Assembly (NCBI RefSeq): GCF_006345805.1
Contig: NW_021835159.1
Coordinates: 1-42,087, forward strand
From: Octopus sinensis
Taxonomy: Eukaryota
Direction of reading: 5' to 3'
Length of the DNA: 42,087 nt
In this document: positions 25,226-36,320 of the stretch, piece after piece
Position numbering within the stretch: position 1 is the stretch's first letter
Layout of the letters: every line of letters begins with the position of its first letter
The notes under the pieces: model-generated
Databases searched by the model: none
What the model was told of the DNA's origin: nothing
The model's input: the letters and a program-made list of their open reading frames with translations, nothing else
Program-made: the position numbers and the translations under genes

Positions 25226-26435
25226 GGTTCCGGTCGTTAGTTGTTCTTCACTCGCCTGTTGAAGTCGCCACGTTGGTTTGCAGCTGGCGAAATTTAAAGG
25301 ACACTCTACTGTAAGGTAAGACTTTTTGCTTCTTGAGTCCAGTAGTATTTGTTGCTTGTAGGTTTTATGTTTTGTACTAGCACGGAGGCGAGATGGATCG
25401 AGGAGACCATCCGGCGAGGCCTGGGGGATAGCGGGCCCAGGCTATTGAGTGTAGAGATTACTCCCGCGGTCGACTAGGAGGGGTCAAAGGCAACTTTGAC
25501 CCTGTGGACCCCGGTGGCCGTGGGAGATATGATATTCCCAGACTTCCTAAAAATGGCCGGGTACAGGTACCCGGTATTACTCGAGGAACGCCCTCCCCCC
25601 GAGTGTCACCTGTGCATGGAGCCTGGCCATATCAAAAGGAACTGTCCCGGGGGCCGTGGTGGTGCCCTGGAGCATGAGAAAGAAAAGGTGTCCGCCGCCC
25701 CCTTATTGGAGGGGGAGACGGTACAAGTCGTGGTGGAAGTTGCCTCCACGAAAGGAAAAAGAAAGGTGAGCAACAATGGTTGCTCACCAAAGAATGTTCA
25801 AGCGGCGGAGGGTTGCGACCCTCCGCGTCTGTCGACGCAGCCCCCTACACCCGCAACCTCAAAAAGAAAGAGAAAAAAGAGGAGCAGAGGACGGTCTGCG
25901 GATGTTCCTGGGCCGCCGACGGAGCCACCTGCGGATAGGGCTCCGTCAGTGGGAAGTGTGCCACTGACGGAGCAGTGTGAAGTCCCTTCCTGTGAAGAGG
26001 AGGTGTTTGTCCTCCTTTAACACGAGGGAGGGACGGTGAGTAAATTTTTGGACGGCTTGGGTGACCGAGAACGTGTGTACTCGGTCTACTCAAGTAGTCC
26101 GATATAGCATCCGCAGGTGGCTGAGGAGGCAGTTACTGAATAAATTTTGTCAAAGGTCGCTGTGAAAGAATTTGCTTTCCTCTTTGCAGGCCCCGACTTA
26201 TCGATGCAGAGTTGTCTGCAGTCGGCAAGTCACTTAGCTTGGGGGACCTGAAAAAGAGAATTGTAAGAAAATTTTATATTGTTGTAAAGAAACTTTGTAT
26301 TCGAGGGTTTATCGGTCGGTGGGCGCCAACATCCCTCCCATCCGCATTATTTCGTTCCATTTCATCTCATCCTGTCTATGTCCAGCCCACAAGCTTCTAT
26401 CTGTGTACTGCCCTTGTGGCAAATTATATGAAATA
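25226..26435 (+). mobile_element. Internally deleted L1/Tx1-like LINE (ORF1 with CCHC knuckle plus 3' end), copy 1
   Basis: GC-rich; ORF1-like ...LEERPPPECHLCMEPGHIKRNCP (CX2CX4HX4C); target-site duplication agcttgcttcc at 25215-25225 and 26440-26450; no endonuclease or RT motifs seen. Clade is inference. Confidence 0.7.
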
Positions 26436-26585
26436 AAGAAGCTTGCTTCCCAACCATATAGATCCGGGTTTAATCCCACTGCGTTGTACATTGGGCGTCT
26501 GTCTTTTACTATAGCGTCGGGCTGACCAAAGCCTTGTTAGCAGATTTGGTCGGCGGAAACTGAAAGAAGGCAGTCGGATGCATAT
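26436..26585 (+). mobile_element. tRNA-derived SINE body (head at ~25195-25225 separated by the LINE insertion)
   Basis: Rejoined sequence matches 13955-14110. Confidence 0.8.
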
Positions 26586-26651
26586 ATATACCACACACAC
26601 ACATAAGTATATGTATATACATATATATATATATATATTATATATATATAT

Positions 26652-26692
<41 letters not shown>

Positions 26693-26878
26693 AGGTGAAT
26701 GAATTATCTTAGTATGGATAATTCGGTTAACCGATACCTGGGTAGCAATTCACGTCAGAAAACACGGTTGAAGCTACATGCAAATGCAGAAATCCCGTGA
26801 TCTCGTGTGGAAATTTGTGTGTTTTTTTTAACTATGAATAAATGAAAGAATGAAGTCGAACGACGATTTAACAAAATT

Positions 26879-26973
26879 CCTTTACTCTCGACACATGTTT
26901 CGAAGGCTGCATATTCTTAATTCCGAAGGAATAAAGGGTGCATTATGCCGCCATCTCATCAGGAAAGACAAGG
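26879..26973 (-). ncRNA. Type I hammerhead ribozyme in the 3' pLTR
   Basis: ccuugucuuuc-CUGAUGA-stem II-GAAA-c augu g-UC-gagaguaaagg; intact core, stem I pairs, minimal stem III containing palindrome ACAUGU. Confidence 0.8.
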
Positions 26974-27533
26974 AACTTATGTCAGCATCATGACGAACAA
27001 AAACTTTTAGATGACTGCCCACATGATGTCCACAGTAATAACGAGTGTTTCTTTAAAATATACCGTTATAAGCAATGACGTCAAAATTGGTTGGATGGAG
27101 AATGTTCTAAAAAGTTCAAGAGTTCAAATTTGGTTGGAAGGAGAAAGTTCTAGGGAGGTGATAGAGTGCAAGCTGTATTGTATGGGGATGCGTGGGTGTA
27201 TGCTATTTTTAATGAGTTTAAGTGCTTGTGTGTGTGTATGTATATAACTGGATTCGTGTCTGTGTGTGTGTGTGTGCGTGACCGTGTGTGTAGGGGGATA
27301 AATGTCAGAAACATTTAGTAGTGAGGTGACAAATTTGTGTCTGTGTGTTCGATTGTGGGTATGATAGAGAGAGAGAGAGAGAGGTGGGGAGATGCAGAGA
27401 GAAAGAGGAAAACATATCCCAACAAATTTAGTAGTAATTCTTCATGTACCGTAGTAGAAAAAAATTTTGTCTATGGTGGTGTTGTAGAAGTGAGACTAAA
27501 TTATTAAATCAAAGAGTTTATCTATATTAATCA

Positions 27534-28013
27534 TCATTCATATGAGTGGAAAGTATGTCTCTGCCAATGTTTGCACTTATAGGATTTTTCTATAATTGTG
27601 TTTACCAAGAGGAATTTGGAGAAAAGGATAAAGAAGAGTTCGGAATTACAAATGCCACAGAATTTCCTGCCCTTATCAAAAGGAAAGGATACAGATAATA
27701 TGGACCAGTCCAGTTTGAAAGTTATATTGCTGTCCTTAAGACGCCAAACTAATTTACTTAGTCCTATACTATGTTGTTTTTTCTTATTTCGGAAAGTTGA
27801 ATAATGATTGGAAATTCTCTTGGACAATCGAGAAGTTGTCGCGCCAATATCGAAGAAGACACCGGTACTGGAAGAAATCTTACACTGGTAAATGGAGTTT
27901 TTAATTTTGGAATTGCTGGACAAGAACTTTAATCTGTTAGGGTTTTCCTCCGAGATTAAAACGGAGTTTCTATTGTTCTGATTGCTGTTAATATTACTGC
28001 TATCATTGATCAC
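27534..28013 (-). CDS. GIY-YIG (Uri) endonuclease domain of the Penelope-like element
   Basis: SIYQCKI...FFDIGATTSRLSKRISNH..TF...LSKLVWRLKD...WSIL...CGICNSE...CKH, the PLE endonuclease pattern with variant GIY/YIG motifs. Confidence 0.75.
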   Translation of the reverse strand: MINDSSNINSNQNNRNSVLISEENPNRLKFLSSNSKIKNSIYQCKISSSTGVFFDIGATTSRLSKRISNHYSTFRNKKKQHSIGLSKLVWRLKDSNITFKLDWSILSVSFPFDKGRKFCGICNSELFFILFSKFLLVNTIIEKSYKCKHWQRHTFHSYE

Positions 28014-28801
28014 TACACTATTTCTATTATTGTTATTATTATTAGTTGTACTATCACCGGCAATATCCCTGACAATAGAAATGCTGTCGTTGTTACCATC
28101 AACACTACCACTGTTATAAATCCCACTAATATTATTATTAATACTAACGCTGTTACGAATGTTGCTATTATCAATACTATTTCTATCATTATTATTGTAT
28201 GTTTGGTTGGAATTGGTTAGAATAGAGTTGTAACTCCCGGGTGAAGAATCTTTGTTTAGCAGCTTATTATTATGGGAGGCGATAATTTGTGAAAGATTTC
28301 TAGTGTTAGAGAATGCAATCTCACCCTATGCGAATTAATAATAGAGTAATACCTAGAATCCCTGGGAAAGTTCTTAGCTATGGCTTCACGGAACTGTAAG
28401 GGAAGATTTGATTTGATTTGCTTCCCGAAAGGTATAACAAACCAGATATAGTTTTTTGTGGATTTAGAATTGGTCATATTGTTACTGTTGACAGTAAAGG
28501 GAAAAATTCCTGTGCTGGAAATTTGGGGTTGGTTGTCTATTTCTTCCACTGGTCCGTAAATTAATTTTCTTATCTACAGGGGTGCCGACATTGTTAGAGC
28601 TGGAATCAATATTCTCACTATTTCTATTGTTATTAGTTTTCTTATCCTGAGAAGCAATTATTGGTTTAGAACATTCTCCATCCAACCAATTTTGACGCCA
28701 TTGCTTATAACGGTATATTTTAAAGAAACACTCGTTATTACTGTGGACATCATGTGGGCAGTCATCTAAAGGATTTGTTCGTCATGATGCTGACATAAGT
28801 T

Positions 28802-28896
28802 CCTTGTCTTTCCTGATGAGATGGCGACATAATGCACCCTTTATTCCTTCGGAATTAAGAATATGCAGCCTTCGAAACATGTGTCGAGAGTAAAGG
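28802..28896 (+). ncRNA. Type I hammerhead ribozyme in the inverted 5' pLTR
   Basis: CTGATGA at 28813-28819, GAAA at 28874-28877, GTC triplet at 28883-28885; same fold as 26879-26973. Confidence 0.78.
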
Positions 28897-28931
28897 AATT
28901 TTGTTAAATCGTCGTTCGACTCCATTCTTTC

Positions 28932-28970
<39 letters not shown>

Positions 28971-28971
<1 letters not shown>

Positions 28972-29309
28972 AGAAGGATCTGTGATGATCTTCATGGCAG
29001 AATTAATGGGGAAAGCTAATTAAGCAATTTATCTAATCAAATTAATCCTATGGTTGCGGAACTGTTTCCTGAAAGAAACGGATTCTTTCAGGATGATAAT
29101 GCACCAATTCACACAGCTGAAGATGTTAGGGAATAGAGACGGTTTTAGCAGACGAATTGAGAATATTTTCTTTGGAATGAATTGAAACTTTGTACGAGTC
29201 CATACCTCGTAGTATTGAAGGTGTAATTATTGCCGACGGTGGTCCTACTCCATATTAAGATAATTTGTTTAGAATTTCAAGGTATTACCATTATTTTGTC
29301 CAACGCCTG
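28971..29309 (+). mobile_element. Tc1 fragment with right TIR (beside cassette 4)
   Basis: ggagaaggatctgtgatgatc, FQDDNAPIHTA, right TIR ttattttgtccaacgcctg|ta; several internal deletions. Confidence 0.85.
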
Positions 29310-29330
29310 TATTTATGTATACACACACAG

Positions 29331-29377
<47 letters not shown>

Positions 29378-29466
29378 CATGTGTGTGGGGGCTATATATA
29401 TGTCTGTATTACATAGATATGTGTGTATATACATACTATATTTATATATATACACACATATATATA

Positions 29467-29672
29467 TCATCATCATCATCATTGTTCGACCGTGGTCGAG
29501 ACAATGGAATTTACCATGCTACGCCAGACTTCACGGTCCATCATGGCATTACGGAGGTCCTGTTGCTAGATGCCAGTATCTCTGGAGATTACATCAGGGT
29601 AGGAGAGTGTGTGCCCTCTGGTATTGCGAGTAGATGGCTTCCAGAGGAGAAGAGTGGAAATTACCTCTCTTT
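29467..29672 (-). mobile_element. 3' end of an RTE-like LINE with (GAT)n tail
   Basis: Reverse strand [51 protein letters not shown], then tgatgatgatg. Confidence 0.7.
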
Positions 29673-29688
29673 CATTTATATATACATG

Positions 29689-29745
<57 letters not shown>

Positions 29746-29820
29746 AAGGTTGAAAAGGAATATATGTATATGTATATATGTATGTACATACATATACATA
29801 TATATATACGTAATATTTAT

Positions 29821-29872
<52 letters not shown>

Positions 29873-29945
29873 GGCGGTGCCCCAGCATGGCCAGCTCATT
29901 AGCTGAAACTGGAAAAATCAAAATCAAATCATATATCAAAATTAT

Positions 29946-30179
29946 AAATTAGGGTATCTACGAGATAACACCATGCTGAAAATAGCAGCCATAATCTGAC
30001 TTTAAAACCACCTTAATGGAGATAAAACAAATAGACAAGATGAAAAGCTAAAAAATTAGTAGTTTCATCTTGTCTATTTGTTTTCTGTCAGTGTTGATAT
30101 ATGGACAATTAAGGTGTTTTTAGAGTCAGATCATGGCTGCTATTTTCAGCATGGTGGTATCTCATAGATACCCTAATTT
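29946..30179. repeat. Imperfect foldback palindrome (~100-bp arms)
   Basis: aaattagggtatcta.gagata.caccatgctgaaaatagcagcca... pairs with ...tggctgctattttcagcatggtggtatctcatagataccctaattt; inner aaaacaaatagacaagatgaaa/tttcatcttgtctatttgtttt. Confidence 0.9.
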
Positions 30180-30269
30180 TAATTTCAATAATTATTACTT
30201 TGAAGGTTCTTTTTTCCATGCTGACCACTTAAAAAAATCGTTATTTTATTGTAAATTAACGATCTTATA

Positions 30270-30309
<40 letters not shown>

Positions 30310-30633
30310 TGTATGTATGTATGTATGTATGTATGTATGTATGTATATATATATATATATATAAATAAATACATGTATATGTATATGTATAAATACATAT
30401 ACATATATCCATACATGTATACAACAAGCATGAAAACGCATGACACCCATATATCTCATTATGAATTTACGAAGTATTTAATGAATCTAAGTTTGGAAAA
30501 TATATTGGTTGTAAACCTGTATAGTCCCCGTCCCAATTACCACGTTAATTAAATGAAAGGAAAGATAAAGTAAGAATCTGATGCAGAGATTTAAACATAA
30601 TTTTATGAAATGTATCATAGTTTCATATCATAC

Positions 30634-30768
30634 TTTGTTGACAAAAGTCGCCTGTATATCCAGCAGAACATCCATCTGAGCATTTTCCAGTTATTCTGTC
30701 GCAGTTTTCGTCGTCGATACAATGACATGTCCCTCTACAATTTCTACCAAATCTACCAACTTCACATT
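30634..30768 (-). CDS. EGF cassette 4, exon B
   Basis: 135 nt, phase 1-1; CEVGRFGRNCRGTCHCIDDENCDRITGKCSDGCSAGYTGDFCQQ. Confidence 0.9.
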
Positions 30769-31029
30769 CTGAAAATATTAATACAAAACACAATAGATTA
30801 GATATTATTAGCTCCACACAATAAAAGTTATGGCTGTAAGAGCTCTCTTCTACAAATATATGTGAGATATCAAAGACACGCCTTTTTATTATCTTATCTT
30901 AAAGCATAACTCATGAGTTAACGTTGAAGTAGTCTTTGATGATAAATAATAAAGTTGATTTACGCTAAGAAACACTAAATCAAATGTAGAGAATTTTAAT
31001 ATGCTGGAATAAAAAGTATTGGAAATAAC

Positions 31030-31158
31030 CTTCTTGGCAGTTGTACCCGGTGTATCCTGCTTCACACACTCCTGGAAATAATCCATGTATGTGGTTACAT
31101 CTTGCGTAACAATGATGAATCTTTGTGCAATTGCGACCAAATCTACCGCTGAGACATT
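31030..31158 (-). CDS. EGF cassette 4, exon A (divergent, two Cys lost)
   Basis: 129 nt, open, splice sites intact; CLSGRFGRNCTKIHHCYARCNHIHGLFPGVCEAGYTGYNCQE. Confidence 0.75.
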
Positions 31159-31426
31159 CTGAAATCATAGAAAAATTGTTGGATATGAATTGCTATTATA
31201 AGAGTTTTATGTTATATTATAAATGTTTCAGTATGTCAGATATTGTTTTTTCTTTTAGGATTACAGACACTAGATAGAGATGAATATATACTTGATTCCT
31301 CATTGTATTTCCACGTTGATCAATGAAATAACACACTAGATAATAAGATGAAAGTATTCGGGTAAAATAAAATTCGATAAAATATCCAATATAAATAATT
31401 ATAGAGAATCACGAGCAGACAAGCGA

Positions 31427-31915
31427 CTTCTTTAAACATCTCTGAAACTGTTGACACACAAAAGCGCAGTAAACTAAATCGCGCCTTGTATCTTGAAGGT
31501 ACGCTCTCAACATCACTCTATCTCTCTCTATATATATATCTCCCTCTCTCTCTCCCTCTCTCTCTTTCTATCTCTCTCTCTCTCTCACCAGCGGATGAAG
31601 CCATGTAATCACATCTTCAGCAAGATACCTATTCCTGTCTCTCTACCATACTTTTATATGCCTCAATACCGTACCCCATTTTGCTGAAGGTTCTTGCCTT
31701 GGAAAACTTGGTGACATCACTAGTGCTGGTGCAACGACAAAAGCGCTCAGTACACACGGTAAAGTGTTTCATGTTAATAAGAGCATCCTGCTGTAGAAAC
31801 CCTGCTAAAACAGACACAATAGCTTGGCGCAGCCCTCTGCGCTCGTTGGGACACCTAGAACCGCACAACGGCTACCAACATACAGAACGGATGTCAAATG
31901 GTGATGATGATGATG
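31427..31915 (+). mobile_element. RTE LINE 3' UTR (paralogue of 17219-17720)
   Basis: Direct sequence match, (CT)n tract and gatgatgatgatg tail. Confidence 0.65.
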
Positions 31916-32037
31916 AACCTAGTCTCATTGAAATGACGTTTTTAACATGGATATTACAGCCTACCCGTTAGTTCAATCGATTTCTGTATGTCTTCTTCAA
32001 GTCTTCTCATCTACCTTATATCTATGATGTACATATA

Positions 32038-33277
32038 CAGAGGTTGGACAAAATAATGCAAACGCCAAGCATCATAGTATCAAAATTTTGAAATATCTAT
32101 AAAAACCATCAAAATTTATTTTTATATATATATTCTGATTTATTATTTTTCTCGCATAATATATTTTGCTAAAATTGCTGTTTCTTTTCAGTTACCATTA
32201 GAAAAAGGTAATTGAAATTCATTAAAATATCAGATCTATTGGACTTTCAAAGAGGTCAAATTGTTGGTGCTCATATGAGAGGTGCTAGCGTAACGAAAAC
32301 AGCCGAAATATTTGGTTTATCAAGAAGTACTGTCCTGGAAAATAATGCAGCCTTTGACAAAGCGGGAAAAACCTCCTCTTCGAAATAAAACTCTAGAGGA
32401 GAACCAAAATTTTCAGATAGGGACTCTTCCGTGAATTGTTAGAATGGATCACAAAAGTACAGTTCCCCAAATTCCTGCAGAGCTTAAGGACCACCTTGAG
32501 AACTCTGTTTCCACAAAAAACTGTTCGCCGGAACTGCACAAAAACGGATTTCAGGGAAAGCTACAATCAGAAAACCACTACTTTCAAGAGAAACGTCGCA
32601 ATGCGTTTAGAGTGGCGTAAAAACCTAGAGAATTGGTGCCTAGAGCCTCCTTTACTTAATTTCCGACGAGCAGTCGAGTATACTAGTGGGGAGAGCAAAA
32701 AGAATCAGGAAGCATTTGACCCAGACTGTCTTCTTCCAACTGTTAAATATGGAGGAGGATCTGTGATGATCTGGGTTGGGGATGCATCTCTGAAATTCTC
32801 CGGCCCAATTGTTTCCCTTCATGGCAGAATTAATAGTGAAGGCAAATTTAAGCATCTTATCTCATCAAATTCATCCTATGGTTGCGGAACTGTTTCCTGG
32901 GAGAAACGCAATCTTTCAGGATGATAAAGCACCAATTCAAACAGCTAAAGTTGTTACAGAATGGCAGGACAAACATTCTTGTGAAGTTTAAACAGTTCAT
33001 CGATTCACCACAGCCTCCAGATCTCAATATATTTAGTTTTATTGTTCATTGTATACAACATATAAAGAGTCGATATCCTCCACCATAACAGCATCACACT
33101 GCACGCAATGGAGACTTTTTAGCTGAGGAATGGAGAAAATTTCCTTTCGAAAAAATTCAACTTTGTAGGAGTCCATACCAGTAGAATTGAAGCTGTAATT
33201 ACTACCAAAGGCCTGGCTGATATTGCGATAATTTGTTTACAATTTCAAGGTGTTTCCATTATTTTGTCCAACCTCTG
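32038..33277 (+). mobile_element. Near full-length decayed Tc1 transposon (beside cassette 5)
   Basis: Same TIRs and TA flanks as 17837-19075; ORF 32436-32924 contains PTVKYGGGSVMIW. Confidence 0.95.
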
Positions 33278-33317
33278 TATTTATGTATACATACAAACAC
33301 ACACTCACACACACACG

Positions 33318-33349
<32 letters not shown>

Positions 33350-33505
33350 CACACATTTATGTATATATATATATATACATGTGTATATATGTATATAAAT
33401 ACAAATACATATATATATGTACATATATATATATTTATTATATATATGTATATATATGTTATATATATATGCATAAATACATGTATATATATACATAAAA
33501 ACATG

Positions 33506-33537
<32 letters not shown>

Positions 33538-33757
33538 AATACATATACAGATATACATACATATGTAAAGCATACGTAGAAACGCATGAAACCCACATAT
33601 CTCAATATGAATTCACGAAGTATTTAATGAAACTAAGTTTGGAAAGTATATTGGTTATAAACCTGAATCGTCCCCGATAAAAGGAAAGATAAAGTAAGAA
33701 TCAGATGCAGAGATTTAAACATATCTTTATGAAATATGTTATAGTTTTATATCATAC

Positions 33758-33892
33758 TTTGTTGACAAAAGTCGCCTGTATATCCAGCAGAACATCCATC
33801 TGAGCATTTTCCAGTTATTCTGTCGCAGTTTTCGTCGTCGATACAATGACATGTTCTTCTACAATTGCTACCAAATCTACCAACTTCACATT
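33758..33892 (-). CDS. EGF cassette 5, exon B
   Basis: 135 nt, phase 1-1; CEVGRFGSNCRRTCHCIDDENCDRITGKCSDGCSAGYTGDFCQQ. Confidence 0.9.
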
Positions 33893-34153
33893 CTGAAAAT
33901 ATTAATATAAAATACAACAGATTAGATATTATTAGACCCACACAATAAAAGTTATGGCTGTAAGAGTTCTCTTCTACAAATATATGTGAGATATCAAAGA
34001 CACGCTTTTTTATTACCTTATCTTAAAGCATAACTCATGAGTTAACATTGAAGTAGTCTTTGATAACAAATAATAAAGGTGATTTACGCTAAGAAACACT
34101 AAATCAAATGTAGAGAATTTTAAAATGTTGGAATAAAAGGTGTTGGAAATAAC

Positions 34154-34280
34154 CTCTTGGCAGTTGTACCCGGTGTATCCTGCATCACACACTCCTGGAC
34201 ATAGTCCATTTATGTGGTTACATGTTTCGGAACAATGACAGGACTTGTGCAATTGCGACCAAATCTACCGCTGAGACATT
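34154..34280 (-). CDS. EGF cassette 5, exon A (127 nt; two 1-nt deletions, real or consensus error)
   Basis: ggacttgtgc vs ggactttgtgc and aacctcttgg vs aaccttcttgg; restoring both gives CLSGRFGRNCTKSCHCSETCNHINGLCPGVCDAGYTGYNCQE. Confidence 0.6.
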
Positions 34281-34417
34281 CTGAAATAATAAAATAAAAA
34301 CGTTGGGTATGAATTGCTATTATAAGAGTTTTATGGTATCTTATAGATGACTCAGTATCCAAGATATTGTAATTTCCTTTAGCGTTAAAACACCAGATAG
34401 AGATGAATATATACTTG

Positions 34418-36063
34418 ACTACCAGTGATACTCGCCGTTGCCCGTGTTGCATTCAATTGAAGAATCTGTCTTTTCTCTTATAATTTCTGTAATGAACTGG
34501 AATATTTATGTTTCGAAATGCAGATGAGGGTTATTTGCCTCTTTACACACCCTAAAAAAATTGTATTCCTGCCACATGTATCCCATATTACTGATTTTTA
34601 TGCGCATATTCTAAAATTCCAGTCTTATTGGATTTTGCTCCTGAAAAATGAACTTCATGGAGCTCTAAAATGTGAGAGTTAAGGCCCCTGTTGGGGGTGG
34701 GTGTCTTGATGTCAAGCAGAGAAGTTGCATTGTTGAGAATCTTTTTAACTTGTGTCTTATATCTATTGTTTGAATTTCTTTGAAATTGGAAATAAATGTT
34801 CACTGGGTTTGTAAAAGAGAGCAAAGCTACAGGAAACCGAAAGACGAATGATCACAATGAGCAGTCAGCTACAGTACCCTAGTCGTTACCACTCCTAATG
34901 AAGGATTCCTCACAATCCAGGTGACAGGCACAGCCCTAAGATGCATTACGAATCTATCGCAACTGGAAGAGCGTGACCCAACTGAAATAAACATTAACAA
35001 CTGTGTGACGTGAGTGCTAAGGAGAAATGAAAGTTGGAGTTTGCAAATGACCACTATAGTGATACGTAACTGGACAGAATAAATTTAGAATCTATAAATG
35101 GCTTTGAATAACCAGTCACTCATCTTAGAGGGCCTTGAAATCAATATTACCATTTGGGGACTATTTGTGTCCCAGTGATAATAAAAAGACTGAAAGGAGG
35201 TCTGCAATCAAATAACTTTACTCAATACTTTGCAACTGAATCAGTGGAAACAAAGATGCCTTTCGCTTACTTGACAATTTATGCAGCACATTGCAGAAAT
35301 CACAATCTAAGTGTATGTCAAAGCAAACTCTTACACTGTTGTACCATTGAATTACAAATAACGCTCATCTTTTATGCTCGGGTAACCCTACAGCTTCCAA
35401 GAGTACAACGACATTCGTCTTTGCTTAGATAAAATGACAAAATTGTGGGTGTTAAATCCCCATGGATGGGTCTTTCTAACTTGTAAGAAGATAAATTTTA
35501 TAAATATTACTTCATTTGTGTCTAATATCTATGGTTAAAATTTCATCAACAGCAAAAATACATGAATTGTCATTGGGGTTATAGCCCTTATGCATAGAAC
35601 ATAATTTCCAAATTTCGTAAAGATCCATTCAGTACTTTTGACTTAGTTTTGGATCATAAAAGAAATGACTAAGATTTAGGAGTTAAGGCCCCCATTAGGG
35701 TGTCTTAGAATCCTCATGTGAAGAGGAAACTTTCAGAATACTTATTGATATGTGTCAATTACCCATGGTTGAAATTTCCTCATCATCGAAAATTTATGAA
35801 TTTTCGCAGGTGTTCTGCCCCCCTTTAAACCATCTGAAATTCAAACCAAACATATTGCATTATACCCGCCCTTATGCATTGAATCTAAGTTTCAAATATT
35901 ATAAGGACCCATACAGTATTTTGGTCCATGAAATTACAGCATTACCCTTCTCCCTAGGTTTGGATTTTGTGTTCCAAATTACATTATGATCGGTGCAGCA
36001 GCAGTTTTCGAATGTATAAGAAATACACGAACACATATAGACATTGACTTTGATATAATAGAT
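34418..36063 (+). mobile_element. Second copy of the putative Helitron/HINE-like element
   Basis: About 99% match to 20214-21854. Confidence 0.4.
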
Positions 36064-36109
36064 ATGAATGTGCACATATACATACATGTATACATACATA
36101 TATATTTGA

Positions 36110-36270
36110 TTGATTTCTTTCAGTTTCTGTCTACATAATCCACTGGCAAGGCTTTGGTTGGTCTGAGGCTATAGAAGACAGATGCCAAGTCACCACAGTG
36201 GGACTGAACCTAGGACCATGTGTTTTGGAACGAAGTTTGTTACCACACAGCCACACCTGCACCTATGTAT
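36110..36270 (-). mobile_element. tRNA-derived SINE (copy of 21900-22060)
   Basis: Direct match. Confidence 0.8.
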
Positions 36271-36320
36271 GTGTGTGTCTTTATGTGTGTATGGGTATAT
36301 ATGTATGTATGCCTGTATAT

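Larger units (their letters stand above)
17219..27922 (+). repeat. Segmental tandem duplication, copy 1 (unit about 14.2 kb, 17219-31426)
   Basis: Collinear with 31427-42087: exon B 19552 vs 33758, exon B 24329 vs 38471, same nested TEs in the same order. Confidence 0.95.
26691..28932 (-). mobile_element. Penelope-like element lacking RT, with inverted pLTRs, between (TA)n tracts
   Basis: Inverted repeats 26843-27111 and 28665-28932; GIY-YIG region and linker NYIWFVIPFGKQIKSNL...KNFP (28256-28549); hammerhead motifs in both repeats. Confidence 0.88.
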
